Below, piece by piece: positions 29,675 through 39,106 of a stretch of 64,000 bases of DNA (positions are counted from its first letter, which is position 1; the number at the start of each line of letters is the position of its first letter). Location: the NCBI GenBank assembly GCA_017461365.1, contig JAFTYG010000047.1, forward strand, positions 9,298-73,297. The letters are read 5' to 3'. The position numbers and the translations under genes are program-made. The DNA is from Clostridia bacterium (GTDB lineage: Bacteria; Bacillota; Clostridia; Oscillospirales; CAG-272). The notes below the pieces were generated by a model. It was not told the DNA's origin, made no database searches, and saw only the letters and a list, made by a program, of their open reading frames with translations.

Positions 29675-29856
29675 AGCCGTCTCCTTTCTGTTTTTTCAGC
29701 TCCATTATACCACATCGAAAAGGTTTTGTCAATTCAATGACGGATAAAGTAAACGATACCGGGACAAATTGAAATTTGTCGGGATGTTCAAATCATTGTT
29801 TGAACACAAACCACAAAAAAAACGGTGCTGCTTTTTTCAAGTAGCACCGTCTCAGT

Positions 29857-30102
29857 TTATTCTTTTATAAATTTTTCGAATTCGTAATAGTAGTCGTTAT
29901 CCATTACAAGCAGAAGATCGTCCCAATTGAGTTTCTTTGCAAGAATAACTCCAAGCAGGCTCTTTGCGTTTACCGCAAACTTTGTTCCGCTCTGAAGCGT
30001 TATCCTTCCCTGCAATTTCGTTGAGATAGCAACAAGCTTTTTGACATCTTCCATTGTATCGATCTCAACTCTGTACACGTATTTCTTTTCGTTAGCTATC
30101 AT
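29857..30102 (-). CDS. HPr-like protein lacking the His15 motif
   Basis: VNAKSLLGV Ser46-type motif, no GLHARP motif. Confidence 0.65.
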   Translation of the reverse strand: MIANEKKYVYRVEIDTMEDVKKLVAISTKLQGRITLQSGTKFAVNAKSLLGVILAKKLNWDDLLLVMDNDYYYEFEKFIKE

Positions 30103-30259
30103 CTTGATCATTCCTTTCTTCAACCAGGTATTTACCGATTTTTTCCTCGGCACTATTATTTTACAGGTATAATATTACAATATTATGAACAAATATTTAA
30201 TTTCTTGTAAAATTGCACAATTTGCAACAGCTCCAAATGTGCAACATCACCAAAGGTAA

Positions 30260-31039
30260 TTATTTTCCCTTATGAGCGTCCTTTTTCTTTTCGTGTTTGC
30301 CCTTTCCCGTTTTCTTTTGTATATACATATACACCAAATATCCCATTCCGCTGAGCACTCCCGTGATGATAAAGAACCACAGCGCGCTCATCCATTCCCT
30401 CTCTCCCATGGCGTCGCCGCTGAGGGTAGACATTATTATAGAGGGAAATCGGCAGGTGGCAGTTATCAGCACGTAAAGCGGTATGCTCATCTCGGTGAGT
30501 CCTATTATATACGTCAGAAGATCCTTTGGGGTACCCGGTATAAGAAAGAGCAGCGCGAGAAAGATATTTCTCTTTTTTGGATCGCCGAGCACGGGCATTG
30601 AATCGAGCTTTTCACGCGGATAAAACGCCTCGATGAGCTTTCTGCCGAAGCGTCTTGCAAGCCAGATGGCGATAATACTTCCTATGGTAATTCCGACTGT
30701 ACAGAGCACAGCGCCCCACCACGCTCCGAAGGCGTAGCCCGCCGCGACCTCGACGACCTCCCCCGGGATAAAGGCTATGATGACCTGCACGATACATATT
30801 GCAACCATTATTACAGCGCTGAGAAAGTGATGCCTGTCTATCAGGTCTCTGAGAACGTTTCCGTTTTCGTACTCCGCGCTGAGCTTATTCAATACTATAA
30901 TACCCGCTACCGACAGCACGCACATAAGCACGGACACGATCGACAGGGTTATTCCCGCGCGTCTTTTCGAATAGTGTCCTCTGTCCTCTATCTCTTTATC
31001 AGCGAATATCTTTTTTACTCGTTCCCGTTTTTTTCCCAA
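30260..31039 (-). CDS. TVP38/TMEM64 (DedA/VTT) membrane protein
   Basis: QVIIAFIPGE, LFLIPGTPKD, RFPS; start uncertain (TTG 31039 after an SD-like stretch). Confidence 0.85.
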   Translation of the reverse strand: MGKKRERVKKIFADKEIEDRGHYSKRRAGITLSIVSVLMCVLSVAGIIVLNKLSAEYENGNVLRDLIDRHHFLSAVIMVAICIVQVIIAFIPGEVVEVAAGYAFGAWWGAVLCTVGITIGSIIAIWLARRFGRKLIEAFYPREKLDSMPVLGDPKKRNIFLALLFLIPGTPKDLLTYIIGLTEMSIPLYVLITATCRFPSIIMSTLSGDAMGEREWMSALWFFIITGVLSGMGYLVYMYIQKKTGKGKHEKKKDAHKGK

Positions 31040-31211
31040 TCCTCTTATCCTCCGATGGCGACCGCACTCCTTGACGGTTACACTACATATTATAATACCA
31101 CAATTTTCTTGTCTTTGCAAAGGGTTTCGAAAAAAATTTATATAAATTTTTCAGTATTTCATTCAAAATTCACATAAATGTGACAAAGTTCAAATATTTT
31201 TCACAGAGCTA

Positions 31212-31240
31212 TTGACAAAGCGTCGGTATTGTGCTAAAAT
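31212..31240 (+). promoter_or_regulatory. sigmaA promoter of the riboswitch leader
   Basis: TTGACA-17 bp-TAAAAT with extended TGn. Confidence 0.8.
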
Positions 31241-31254
31241 GATTGTATATTCTG

Positions 31255-31382
31255 TTGATGTTATCGGAATTTTTTTAAAGACCGATAGCGGAGGAGCTTT
31301 GGAGAACCCCGCATAGAGGCGGGTGCCGAAGGTGCAAGGTGTCGTTCTGCGGCATCGAATCTCTCAGGCAAAAGGACAAAGC
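31255..31382 (+). ncRNA. Glycine riboswitch (singlet, with probable 5' ghost aptamer)
   Basis: GCTTTGGAGA...GCCGAAGGTGCAA...AATCTCTCAGGCAAAAGGACAAAGC aptamer core; upstream TATCGG/CCGATA hairpin; precedes an AGCS symporter. Confidence 0.9.
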
Positions 31383-31432
31383 ATTTGATGTATTTACGTA
31401 AAAATAATTATATCAATATGTTTTACCCTGTG

Positions 31433-31460
31433 CCGCTGAGACGATCAGCGGTTTTTCTAT
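31433..31460 (+). terminator. Leader terminator (riboswitch expression platform)
   Basis: CCGCTGA-gacga-TCAGCGG followed by TTTTT, before the start codon. Confidence 0.75.
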
Positions 31461-31492
31461 TTTTTTATTTTATTTTTTAAGGAGGAATTCTT

Positions 31493-32968
31493 ATGGAATT
31501 CATCGCAAAGGTGCAGGAAGCACTTTTACCAATTGTGGTCGAGATAAACGGCTATCTGTCCGACTACATTCTTTTCTTTCTTCTCGTGGGAATAGGTATC
31601 TTCTACACCATCCGTACGCGTTTCGTTCAGGTACGCTGCTTCGGTGAGGGTATGAAGAAGGTCTTTGGCGGTCTGTCGCTTCGCGGCGGAAAGCAGAAGG
31701 GCGGTCTTTCCTCGTTCCAGGCGCTTGCTACGGCTATCGCGGCTCAGGTCGGTATGGGTAACATCATCGGCGCTTGCGGCGCGATACTCATCGGCGGCCC
31801 CGGCGCTATCTTCTGGATGTGGCTTATCGCGTTCTTCGGCATGGCTACCATCTATTCCGAGGCTGTTCTCGCTCAGCAGACTAAGGTCGTTCAGAAGGAC
31901 GGCTCGGTTCTCGGCGGACCTGTTTACTACATAAAGAAGGCGTTTAACAATACCTTCGGTAAGATACTTGCCGCTTTCTTTGCTATCGCTATTACTCTCG
32001 CTCTCGGATTTATGGGAGCCATGGTTCAGTCCAACTCTATCTCCGAGGCGCTCAACACAGCGTCGAACGGCTACGTTCCCACATGGGTTATCGGTCTTGT
32101 TCTCGCGGCTATCTGCGCGTTCATCTTCATCGGCGGTATTCAGCGTATCGCGTCTGTTGCTGAAAAGATCGTTCCTATTATGGCCGTAGGCTATCTCATC
32201 ATCGGTGTTATTATTCTCTGCATCAACATCAAGTACGTTCCCGCAACCTTCGGAATGATCTTCAAGTACGCGTTCGTTCCCCACGCTCTTCTCGGCGGCG
32301 CTGTCGGCGCGGCTATCAAGGCGGCTATCTCTCAGGGCGTCAAGCGCGGTCTGTTCTCGAATGAGGCTGGTATGGGTTCTACGCCTCATGCTCACGCTCA
32401 GGCTAAGGTCGAGACTCCCCACGAGCAAGGCGTTGTTGCTATGATCGGTGTATTTATAGACACATTCGTAGTTCTCACAATCACGGCTCTCGTTGTTATC
32501 TCCACGCTCTACACGGGCAACGGTCCTCTCGCAACGGCAGAGGGTATTGCGGCGAACGGTCTGAGCGGTCTGCTTACAAAGGCAAACCTTATGCAGACAG
32601 CTGTTGGTACCGCTCTTGGAAGTCAGATGGCGGGTAACATCATTGTTGCCGTATGTCTTACCTTCTTTGCGTTCACGACCATCATCGGTTGGAACTTCTT
32701 CGGCAAGCAGAACGTTCAGTATCTCTTCGGTGAAAAGAAGAGCAAGGTTGCCGTTATAGTTTACTCGGTTCTTGCTATCATCTTTATCTTCCTCGGCTCG
32801 CTTCTCAAGAACGACCTCGTTTGGGAGCTTACGGATATGTTCAACAATCTAATGGTTATCCCCAACGTATTGGCTCTTGCGTTCCTCTCGAAGTACGTCG
32901 TTGAGGAAACGAGAGCGGCAAGCGCTCGCAAGAAAGCGAAAAAGGCTGAAAAGGCTCAGGTAAAGTAA
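31493..32968 (+). CDS. Sodium:alanine/glycine symporter (AGCS family)
   Basis: AQVGMGNI, GGPGAIFWMW, GGPVYYI, RGLFSNEAGMGS. Confidence 0.95.
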   Translation: MEFIAKVQEALLPIVVEINGYLSDYILFFLLVGIGIFYTIRTRFVQVRCFGEGMKKVFGGLSLRGGKQKGGLSSFQALATAIAAQVGMGNIIGACGAILIGGPGAIFWMWLIAFFGMATIYSEAVLAQQTKVVQKDGSVLGGPVYYIKKAFNNTFGKILAAFFAIAITLALGFMGAMVQSNSISEALNTASNGYVPTWVIGLVLAAICAFIFIGGIQRIASVAEKIVPIMAVGYLIIGVIILCINIKYVPATFGMIFKYAFVPHALLGGAVGAAIKAAISQGVKRGLFSNEAGMGSTPHAHAQAKVETPHEQGVVAMIGVFIDTFVVLTITALVVISTLYTGNGPLATAEGIAANGLSGLLTKANLMQTAVGTALGSQMAGNIIVAVCLTFFAFTTIIGWNFFGKQNVQYLFGEKKSKVAVIVYSVLAIIFIFLGSLLKNDLVWELTDMFNNLMVIPNVLALAFLSKYVVEETRAASARKKAKKAEKAQVK

Positions 32969-33000
32969 TAAAAAAGTCAAATTTGAATATCGATCATCAA

Positions 33001-33037
33001 AAAAGGATGTCTCACTTTTGTGAGGCATCCTTTTTTA
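33001..33037. terminator. Bidirectional terminator
   Basis: AAAAGGATGTCTCAC-tttt-GTGAGGCATCCTTTT. Confidence 0.8.
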
Positions 33038-33042
33038 CTTAT

Positions 33043-34236
33043 TTACTTAAATTCTTTTGCAAGCTTTTCAAATGCGGGGAGGGCTCCGAGGACGCGCGCT
33101 TTATCGACGCAGTAGGCGATACGGACGTAGCCCTCGACTCCGAAGTCGTCGCAGGGCACGACGAGTATCTCATGCTTCTTTGCCGCCTCATAAAAATCAA
33201 AGGCGTCTCCCGTGGGGGATTTTACAAAGAGGTAGAAGGCTCCGTCGGGCTTTACGCATTCATATCCGTAGGCGGTCAAGTTATTATAAAGCAGGTCGCG
33301 ATTCTCGCGGTATATCTCTATATCGACCTTTGCGTCGATACAGCGCGCGATTACCTGCTGGAAGAGACTCGGCGCGCAGACGTATCCGAGAGATCGTCCC
33401 GCTCCGCAGACGGCAAGGTAGACGTTTTCCCCATCCTCCATCTTTGGCGACACTGCTATATATCCTATTCTCTCGCCCGGCAGAGAGAGCGATTTGGAAT
33501 AAGAATAGCAAACGAGGGTATTATCGTAATAATTCATAAGGTAGGGCACGTCTACGCCCGAATAAACGAGCTCACGGTAGGGCTCATCGGCAATAAGATA
33601 AATCGGCTTGCCGTATTCCTCGGACTTCTTTTTGAGCAAAGCGCAGAGCGCCTTTATTGTTTCTTCGGTATAAACGACTCCCGACGGGTTATTGGGAGAA
33701 TTAACTATCACTGCCTTGGTATGCTCGTTTATTCTGCTCTCAAGGTCTGATACGTCTATTGCGAAGGTCTTTTCCTCGGGTTTACTTATGACCACCTTTG
33801 CTCCCGCGTTCTCGATAAACACCCTATATTCGGTAAAGAAGGGCGCGAAAACTATGACCTCGTCTTGCTTTTCGCTCTCAACAAGGGCTTTGAGCGAAAT
33901 TGACAGAGATGCCGCCGCTCCGCAGGTCATATAGATATGATTTGGTGTAATATCCACACCGAAGCGGCGTACGATGCTATCGGCTATCGTTTTACGCACG
34001 CGAGCATCGCCCTGCGCAGAGGAATATCCGTGAAGAAGCACGGGATCTTCGTGTCCGAGAAGCTCGATTATCGTTTCGTTGACCTCCTTTGGTGCGGGCA
34101 CGCTCGGATTTCCGAGGCTGAAATCGAACACCTTATCGGATCCTATCTCGGCGGCGCGTGTTTTACTGTATTCAAAAATTTCTCTTATGATCGAGCGTTT
34201 ACTTCCGAGCCCGAACATTTTCTGATCGTATGACAT
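33043..34236 (-). CDS. PLP-dependent class I/II aminotransferase (aspartate aminotransferase-like)
   Basis: FSLGNP, NSPNNPSG, IADEPY, SYSKSLSLPGERIG. Confidence 0.92.
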   Translation of the reverse strand: MSYDQKMFGLGSKRSIIREIFEYSKTRAAEIGSDKVFDFSLGNPSVPAPKEVNETIIELLGHEDPVLLHGYSSAQGDARVRKTIADSIVRRFGVDITPNHIYMTCGAAASLSISLKALVESEKQDEVIVFAPFFTEYRVFIENAGAKVVISKPEEKTFAIDVSDLESRINEHTKAVIVNSPNNPSGVVYTEETIKALCALLKKKSEEYGKPIYLIADEPYRELVYSGVDVPYLMNYYDNTLVCYSYSKSLSLPGERIGYIAVSPKMEDGENVYLAVCGAGRSLGYVCAPSLFQQVIARCIDAKVDIEIYRENRDLLYNNLTAYGYECVKPDGAFYLFVKSPTGDAFDFYEAAKKHEILVVPCDDFGVEGYVRIAYCVDKARVLGALPAFEKLAKEFK

Positions 34237-34278
34237 TTTATTCACCTGCAAATATTTTTAAGGTAACTGTTCATTCTT

Positions 34279-34464
34279 CAAATCTAAGTTTATCGAGATG
34301 TTTGATATGTGTAAATACATCCCCAATGAGGACAGTGCAGTAAAGCGACTTCGTCGCAATGATCCTTCGAATGTTTCTTTAGATTTGCTAGGGTTTGTTT
34401 TCTTGTTGTGCCACATTCAAGCGTAGCAATTTTAAATCCAAACGCCCCGACAAACTCCAATTCG
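34279..34464 (-). repeat. MITE-like dispersed repeat, copy 1
   Basis: 34279-34383 is the near reverse complement of 62141-62250; same terminal motifs as the copy at 61875-62250. Confidence 0.75.
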
Positions 34465-34595
34465 AAGTGTTACCCTTCAAGATACCGATATTATAGCACA
34501 GTTCGATTTTTTTGTCAACAAGATCGATATATTTATTGAATTACTTTGTTTTTTGTGTTATAATAAAAGCACAAAGCTACGACACGGAGGCGCTT

Positions 34596-36092
34596 ATGAA
34601 AAAATATGTTTTGGCGCTTGATGAGGGAACTACAAGCGCGAGGGCTATTCTGTTTGACAAAAGCTCGAAAATAATTTCTATGGCTCAGCATGAGATAAAG
34701 CAGATCTATCCACGTCCCGCTTACGTTGAGCAGGATCCGATGGATATTTACGCAAATCAGTATGCGGCTCTTACCGAATGTATCGCAAAGAGCGGTATCT
34801 CTCCCGAGGAGATCGCCGCCGTCGGCATTACAAATCAGCGCGAGACGGTAATAGCTTGGGACAAGAATACAGGAAAGCCTATATGCAACGCGATAGTATG
34901 GCAATGCAGACGCACCGCCGACATATGCGAGGAGCTTGCGCGGTCAGGTCACTCGGAATATATTTCGGAGACCACGGGGTTACGTCTTGATCCCTATTTC
35001 AGCGGAACGAAGATAAAATGGATACTTGACAATATCGAGGGGGCACGTCAGAAGGCGCAACGGGGCGAGCTTCTTGTCGGAACGGTCGACACGTGGATAG
35101 TCTGGAAGCTGACCGAGGGCAGAATATTTGTGACCGACAGAACGAACGCGTCGCGCACGATGCTCTGCAACATCAAAACGGGTGAGTGGGATGGACGGAT
35201 GCTTGAAATACTCGATATTCCCCGCTCTGTGCTCCCCGAGATAAAGAGCAGCAGTGAGATCTACGGGTATTTTGAATGCATGGGTGCTTCGCTCCCTCTT
35301 TCGGGCATTGCGGGCGACCAGCAGGCGGCTCTCTTCGGGCAGTGCTGTTTTTGCGAGGGTGAAGCGAAAAACACCTACGGCACAGGCTGTTTTCTGCTGA
35401 CGCACACGGGAGAGCGCGCGGTAAAGAGCCAAAACGGGCTTCTTACCACCATTGTTGCAAACGGAAAGGACAGCCCTATCGAATACGCTCTTGAGGGGAG
35501 TGTTTTTGTGGGCGGCGCGGTCATAAAATGGCTCCGTGACGAGCTCAAGCTCATACACGAGGCAAAGGACAGCGAATATTTTGCCCGCAAGGTCGAGGAC
35601 ACGGGCGGTGTTTATCTTGTACCCGCCTTTTCGGGGCTTGGCGCGCCTTTCTGGGATATGCACGCGCGCGGAACTCTCGTGGGGCTTACGGCGGGCTCGG
35701 GCAAAAATCACATCATACGCGCGTCTCTTGAGTCGATAGCCTATCAGACCGAGGACGTGCTGTCTGCTATGAAAGCCGACATGGGAGCTGACGTTTCATG
35801 TCTGCGTGTGGACGGCGGAGCGTCAGCAAACGGTCTGCTTATGCAATTGCAGAGCGATCTGTCGGGGGTTGCCGTCAGCCGTTCGGCAAACACCGAGGCG
35901 ACGGCGGCAGGCGCGGCGTATCTTGCGGGGCTTGCGGTCGGATTTTTTGAGAGCCGCGAGGAGCTTCGCCGTTTGCAGGGCGAGGGAGCCGTATTTTCTC
36001 CCTCAATAAGCGAGGACGAGCGTCTGAGAAAGCTTCGGGGCTGGCGCAGAGCCGTATCGGCTTGCCGCCGTTTTTCGGAAAGTGAGGAATAA
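34596..36092 (+). CDS. glpK: Glycerol kinase
   Basis: [50 protein letters not shown]. Confidence 0.96.
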   Translation: MKKYVLALDEGTTSARAILFDKSSKIISMAQHEIKQIYPRPAYVEQDPMDIYANQYAALTECIAKSGISPEEIAAVGITNQRETVIAWDKNTGKPICNAIVWQCRRTADICEELARSGHSEYISETTGLRLDPYFSGTKIKWILDNIEGARQKAQRGELLVGTVDTWIVWKLTEGRIFVTDRTNASRTMLCNIKTGEWDGRMLEILDIPRSVLPEIKSSSEIYGYFECMGASLPLSGIAGDQQAALFGQCCFCEGEAKNTYGTGCFLLTHTGERAVKSQNGLLTTIVANGKDSPIEYALEGSVFVGGAVIKWLRDELKLIHEAKDSEYFARKVEDTGGVYLVPAFSGLGAPFWDMHARGTLVGLTAGSGKNHIIRASLESIAYQTEDVLSAMKADMGADVSCLRVDGGASANGLLMQLQSDLSGVAVSRSANTEATAAGAAYLAGLAVGFFESREELRRLQGEGAVFSPSISEDERLRKLRGWRRAVSACRRFSESEE

Positions 36093-36093
36093 T

Positions 36094-37017
36094 ATGTCTT
36101 ATTCAAAAAAGGAATTTTTTGCTCCGTCCTCCGACGGTATTCACACTTTGTCGGGCGTCGTTTATCTGCCCGAGGGAAAGCCTTGCGGTTATCTTCATGT
36201 AGTTCACGGAATGACCGAGCACATAGGCAGATACGACCGTTTTATGTCGGATATGGCAGAGGTCGGGTATATCTGCTTCGGCTTTGACAATCTCGGACAC
36301 GGAAGGACGGCAAGGGATGACGGCGAGCTTGGCTTTATTGCGAAAAAGGGTGGCTCTGAGCTACTTGCGAGGGACGTTAAAATATTTTCGGATGCGGTAA
36401 GGAAGGAATACGGTGAGGAGATTCCCTATTTCCTTTTAGGGCACAGCATGGGCTCGTTTATCGTTCGCGCGGCGGCTAAAGAGGTACATCCCGACAAGCT
36501 TATAGTTATGGGCACTGCGGGCAAAAATCCCGCCGCGGGCGCGGGGCTTATGCTTATCGCTCTTATCAAGCTGTTTTGCGGTGAGAGGCATTTTTCGCCG
36601 CTTATCGACAAGATAGCGTTCGGCTCTTACAATGAACGCTTCGGCGGCGGCAGTGCGGACGATCCGAAGCCCTGGCTGACGAACGATGCGGAGGTACGGA
36701 AGAAATATTATGCGGATAAATTCTGTACCTTCAATTTCAGTGTCAGCGCGATGGGCGATCTTATAAGGCTCATCAAGGACGTGAACTGCAAGGCGTGGTA
36801 CGAAAGCTTTCCAAAGGATGTGTCTCTGCTTCTTGTTTCGGGCTCGGACGATCCAGTGGGAGGCTACGGAAATGGGGTACGCGAGGTCTGCGAGGGGGTG
36901 AAGGACCACGGCGCGGACGCTTCATGTATTCTGTACGACGGTGCACGGCATGAGATACTTAACGATATTACTTATAATAAGGTCAAAGAGGATATTCTTA
37001 AATTTTTACACGGATAA
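36094..37017 (+). CDS. Alpha/beta hydrolase (lysophospholipase / monoacylglycerol lipase-like)
   Basis: HGMTEH, GHG, GHSMG nucleophile, DPV, RHEILN. Confidence 0.88.
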   Translation: MSYSKKEFFAPSSDGIHTLSGVVYLPEGKPCGYLHVVHGMTEHIGRYDRFMSDMAEVGYICFGFDNLGHGRTARDDGELGFIAKKGGSELLARDVKIFSDAVRKEYGEEIPYFLLGHSMGSFIVRAAAKEVHPDKLIVMGTAGKNPAAGAGLMLIALIKLFCGERHFSPLIDKIAFGSYNERFGGGSADDPKPWLTNDAEVRKKYYADKFCTFNFSVSAMGDLIRLIKDVNCKAWYESFPKDVSLLLVSGSDDPVGGYGNGVREVCEGVKDHGADASCILYDGARHEILNDITYNKVKEDILKFLHG

Positions 37018-37041
37018 ATTTCAGTTAAGAGAGTGACATCT

Positions 37042-37869
37042 ATGCAATTTTTCGGAAAAGTAATTGACATACTTAACTACAAGGCAGAAACACCGCAATT
37101 GTTCGGCTGGGTACACATTCTTTCATTTTGTCTTGCTATTGCGCTCGGAATTTTTCTCAGCGTAAAATTCAAGAGGAGCGGTCAATCTGCCACGCGCAGG
37201 ATACTTCTTGCGGCGTCGGTTATAACCATTGCGCTTGAGATATACAAGCAGTTTATTTTCAGCTTTTCCTTTGACGGTCAGACGGTATCGTTTGATTATC
37301 AGTGGTACGCTTTTCCATTTCAGTTCTGTTCGACGCCGATGTACGTACAACTGATAGCGGCGTTCGTCAAAAACAAGCTCTTACATAACGCGCTCTGCTC
37401 TTTTCTCTCGACCTATGGCATCTTTGGCGGACTTGTCGTGATGATCTATCCCGCCGACGTATTTATTGACGTCGTGGGAGTAAATATTCAGACTATGGTC
37501 TGCCACGGGCTCATGCTCTCCGTCGGCATCTATCTGCTCGCAGTCGGTCACGTAAAGTCCGAGCACAAAACGATGCTTGGAGCTATGAGTGTATTCGGCG
37601 TTATCGTCGCTGTGGCTGTCATACTCAACGAGGCTCTTTACTACAGCGGTGTGCTCGGCGGAGAGACCTGTAATCTGCTGTACGTAAGCAGACATTTTGC
37701 TCCGTCGCTTCCCGTATATTCTCTTGTACAAGCGGTCGTTCCCTATCCCTTTTGTCTTTTCATCTACGTTGCGGGATTTTCGGCGGCGGCGTATCTCATA
37801 CTGCTCTGCGCGATCGGCGTAAGAAAAATAGCAGACGCTGTAAGAGCCAAACGCGCGCTGACGGTATAA
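37042..37869 (+). CDS. YwaF/TMEM164-like membrane protein
   Basis: PFQFCS, HG and N..Y motifs within a multi-TM protein. Confidence 0.7.
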   Translation: MQFFGKVIDILNYKAETPQLFGWVHILSFCLAIALGIFLSVKFKRSGQSATRRILLAASVITIALEIYKQFIFSFSFDGQTVSFDYQWYAFPFQFCSTPMYVQLIAAFVKNKLLHNALCSFLSTYGIFGGLVVMIYPADVFIDVVGVNIQTMVCHGLMLSVGIYLLAVGHVKSEHKTMLGAMSVFGVIVAVAVILNEALYYSGVLGGETCNLLYVSRHFAPSLPVYSLVQAVVPYPFCLFIYVAGFSAAAYLILLCAIGVRKIADAVRAKRALTV

Positions 37870-38016
37870 GGATCGGAATATTTTGGAAAAATCACCTTAA
37901 AAGCTCCGAATACAAAGGGATGCAACCGTCGGTTGACAAATTGCAAGGCGTGGGTTTATTGCAAAAAAGTCAAAAAAATGCTATAATCATAACGCAACAA
38001 ACAAGGAGGGCACAAA

Positions 38017-39033
38017 ATGATTTTAGCTGACAAAATAATCAAGCACAGAAAGCAAAAGGGTTGGTCGCAGGAGGAGCTTGCCGAGAAGATGGGTGTCTCG
38101 CGTCAGGCGGTATCCAAGTGGGAAAGCGCTCAGGCGATACCCGACATTGAAAAGATACTTGCGCTCGGCGAGCTGTTCGGAGTCAGTACGGATTATCTCT
38201 TAAAGGACAGCTTTGGTGACGGAGAGGATTTTGAGTTCTCCTCCGCCGCTACTGTCTCCTCCGCCGAGGATGAGGCAGATACGCTAAGATACGTATCAAA
38301 GGAAGAGGCATCAAAATATATTGAAGAGCGGAAAAGGGCTTCATGGCAGATAGCTCTCGCTACGTTTTTATGCGTACTCTCGCCCATACCCCTGATAATT
38401 CTCGGCGGAATTGCGGATACGAACCTTATTTGGTTTACGGGCATGGACGTAGTGATCGGAGTTCTCGAGCTTGGGGCGCTCTTCGCGTTCGTTATTGCAT
38501 CACTTCCCTTTTTCATAAGCTGCGGTATCAGGCACGAGTCGTACAAGTTTTTAGAGGACAGCGCGTCGTTCGTTCTCGACACTGCGGCGAAGGAAATGAC
38601 GAAAAAGCTCCTTGAGCAATTCAACACCACCTACATAACCTGCAACGTTATCGCGACCTGCCTATGTGTAGCCGCTCCCGTTCCGGTGATGCTCGGCGCT
38701 TTTTCGAAAAGCGGATTTCTTGTTACTCTTTTACTCGGCGCTACTATAGCCATGGCGGCGGTGGGCGTATTTCTCTTCGTTTTCGTCGGGGTGCGTCGGG
38801 CAAGTATGCAGAGGCTTCTTTCGGAGGGTGAATTTGCTCCGAAGGAGAAGAAAAAGGCGGGAATTCTTGAAACCGCGGGGCTTGTTTACTGGCTCATACT
38901 TACGGCTTTTTATCTTGCGTGGGGATTTCTTGAAAACGCGTGGCACATCAACTGGGTAATTTTCGCGGTCGGCGGCGTACTATTTGCGGCGTTTATGGCA
39001 GTGATGAGACTTATTGTTGAGAAAAAGAAATAA
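38017..39033 (+). CDS. XRE-family HTH regulator with C-terminal membrane domain
   Basis: WSQEELAEKMGVSRQAVSKWES...FGVSTDYLL, then about 6 TM helices. Confidence 0.88.
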   Translation: MILADKIIKHRKQKGWSQEELAEKMGVSRQAVSKWESAQAIPDIEKILALGELFGVSTDYLLKDSFGDGEDFEFSSAATVSSAEDEADTLRYVSKEEASKYIEERKRASWQIALATFLCVLSPIPLIILGGIADTNLIWFTGMDVVIGVLELGALFAFVIASLPFFISCGIRHESYKFLEDSASFVLDTAAKEMTKKLLEQFNTTYITCNVIATCLCVAAPVPVMLGAFSKSGFLVTLLLGATIAMAAVGVFLFVFVGVRRASMQRLLSEGEFAPKEKKKAGILETAGLVYWLILTAFYLAWGFLENAWHINWVIFAVGGVLFAAFMAVMRLIVEKKK

Positions 39034-39040
39034 AAATGAC

Positions 39041-39083
39041 AAACGGCTTTTCCGTCTTACTTTGGCGGAAAAGCCGTTTTTTT
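39041..39083. terminator. Bidirectional terminator
   Basis: AAACGGCTTTTCCG...CGGAAAAGCCGTTT. Confidence 0.78.
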
Positions 39084-39106
39084 GATTTGATCTATGCCGT
39101 CGGATA

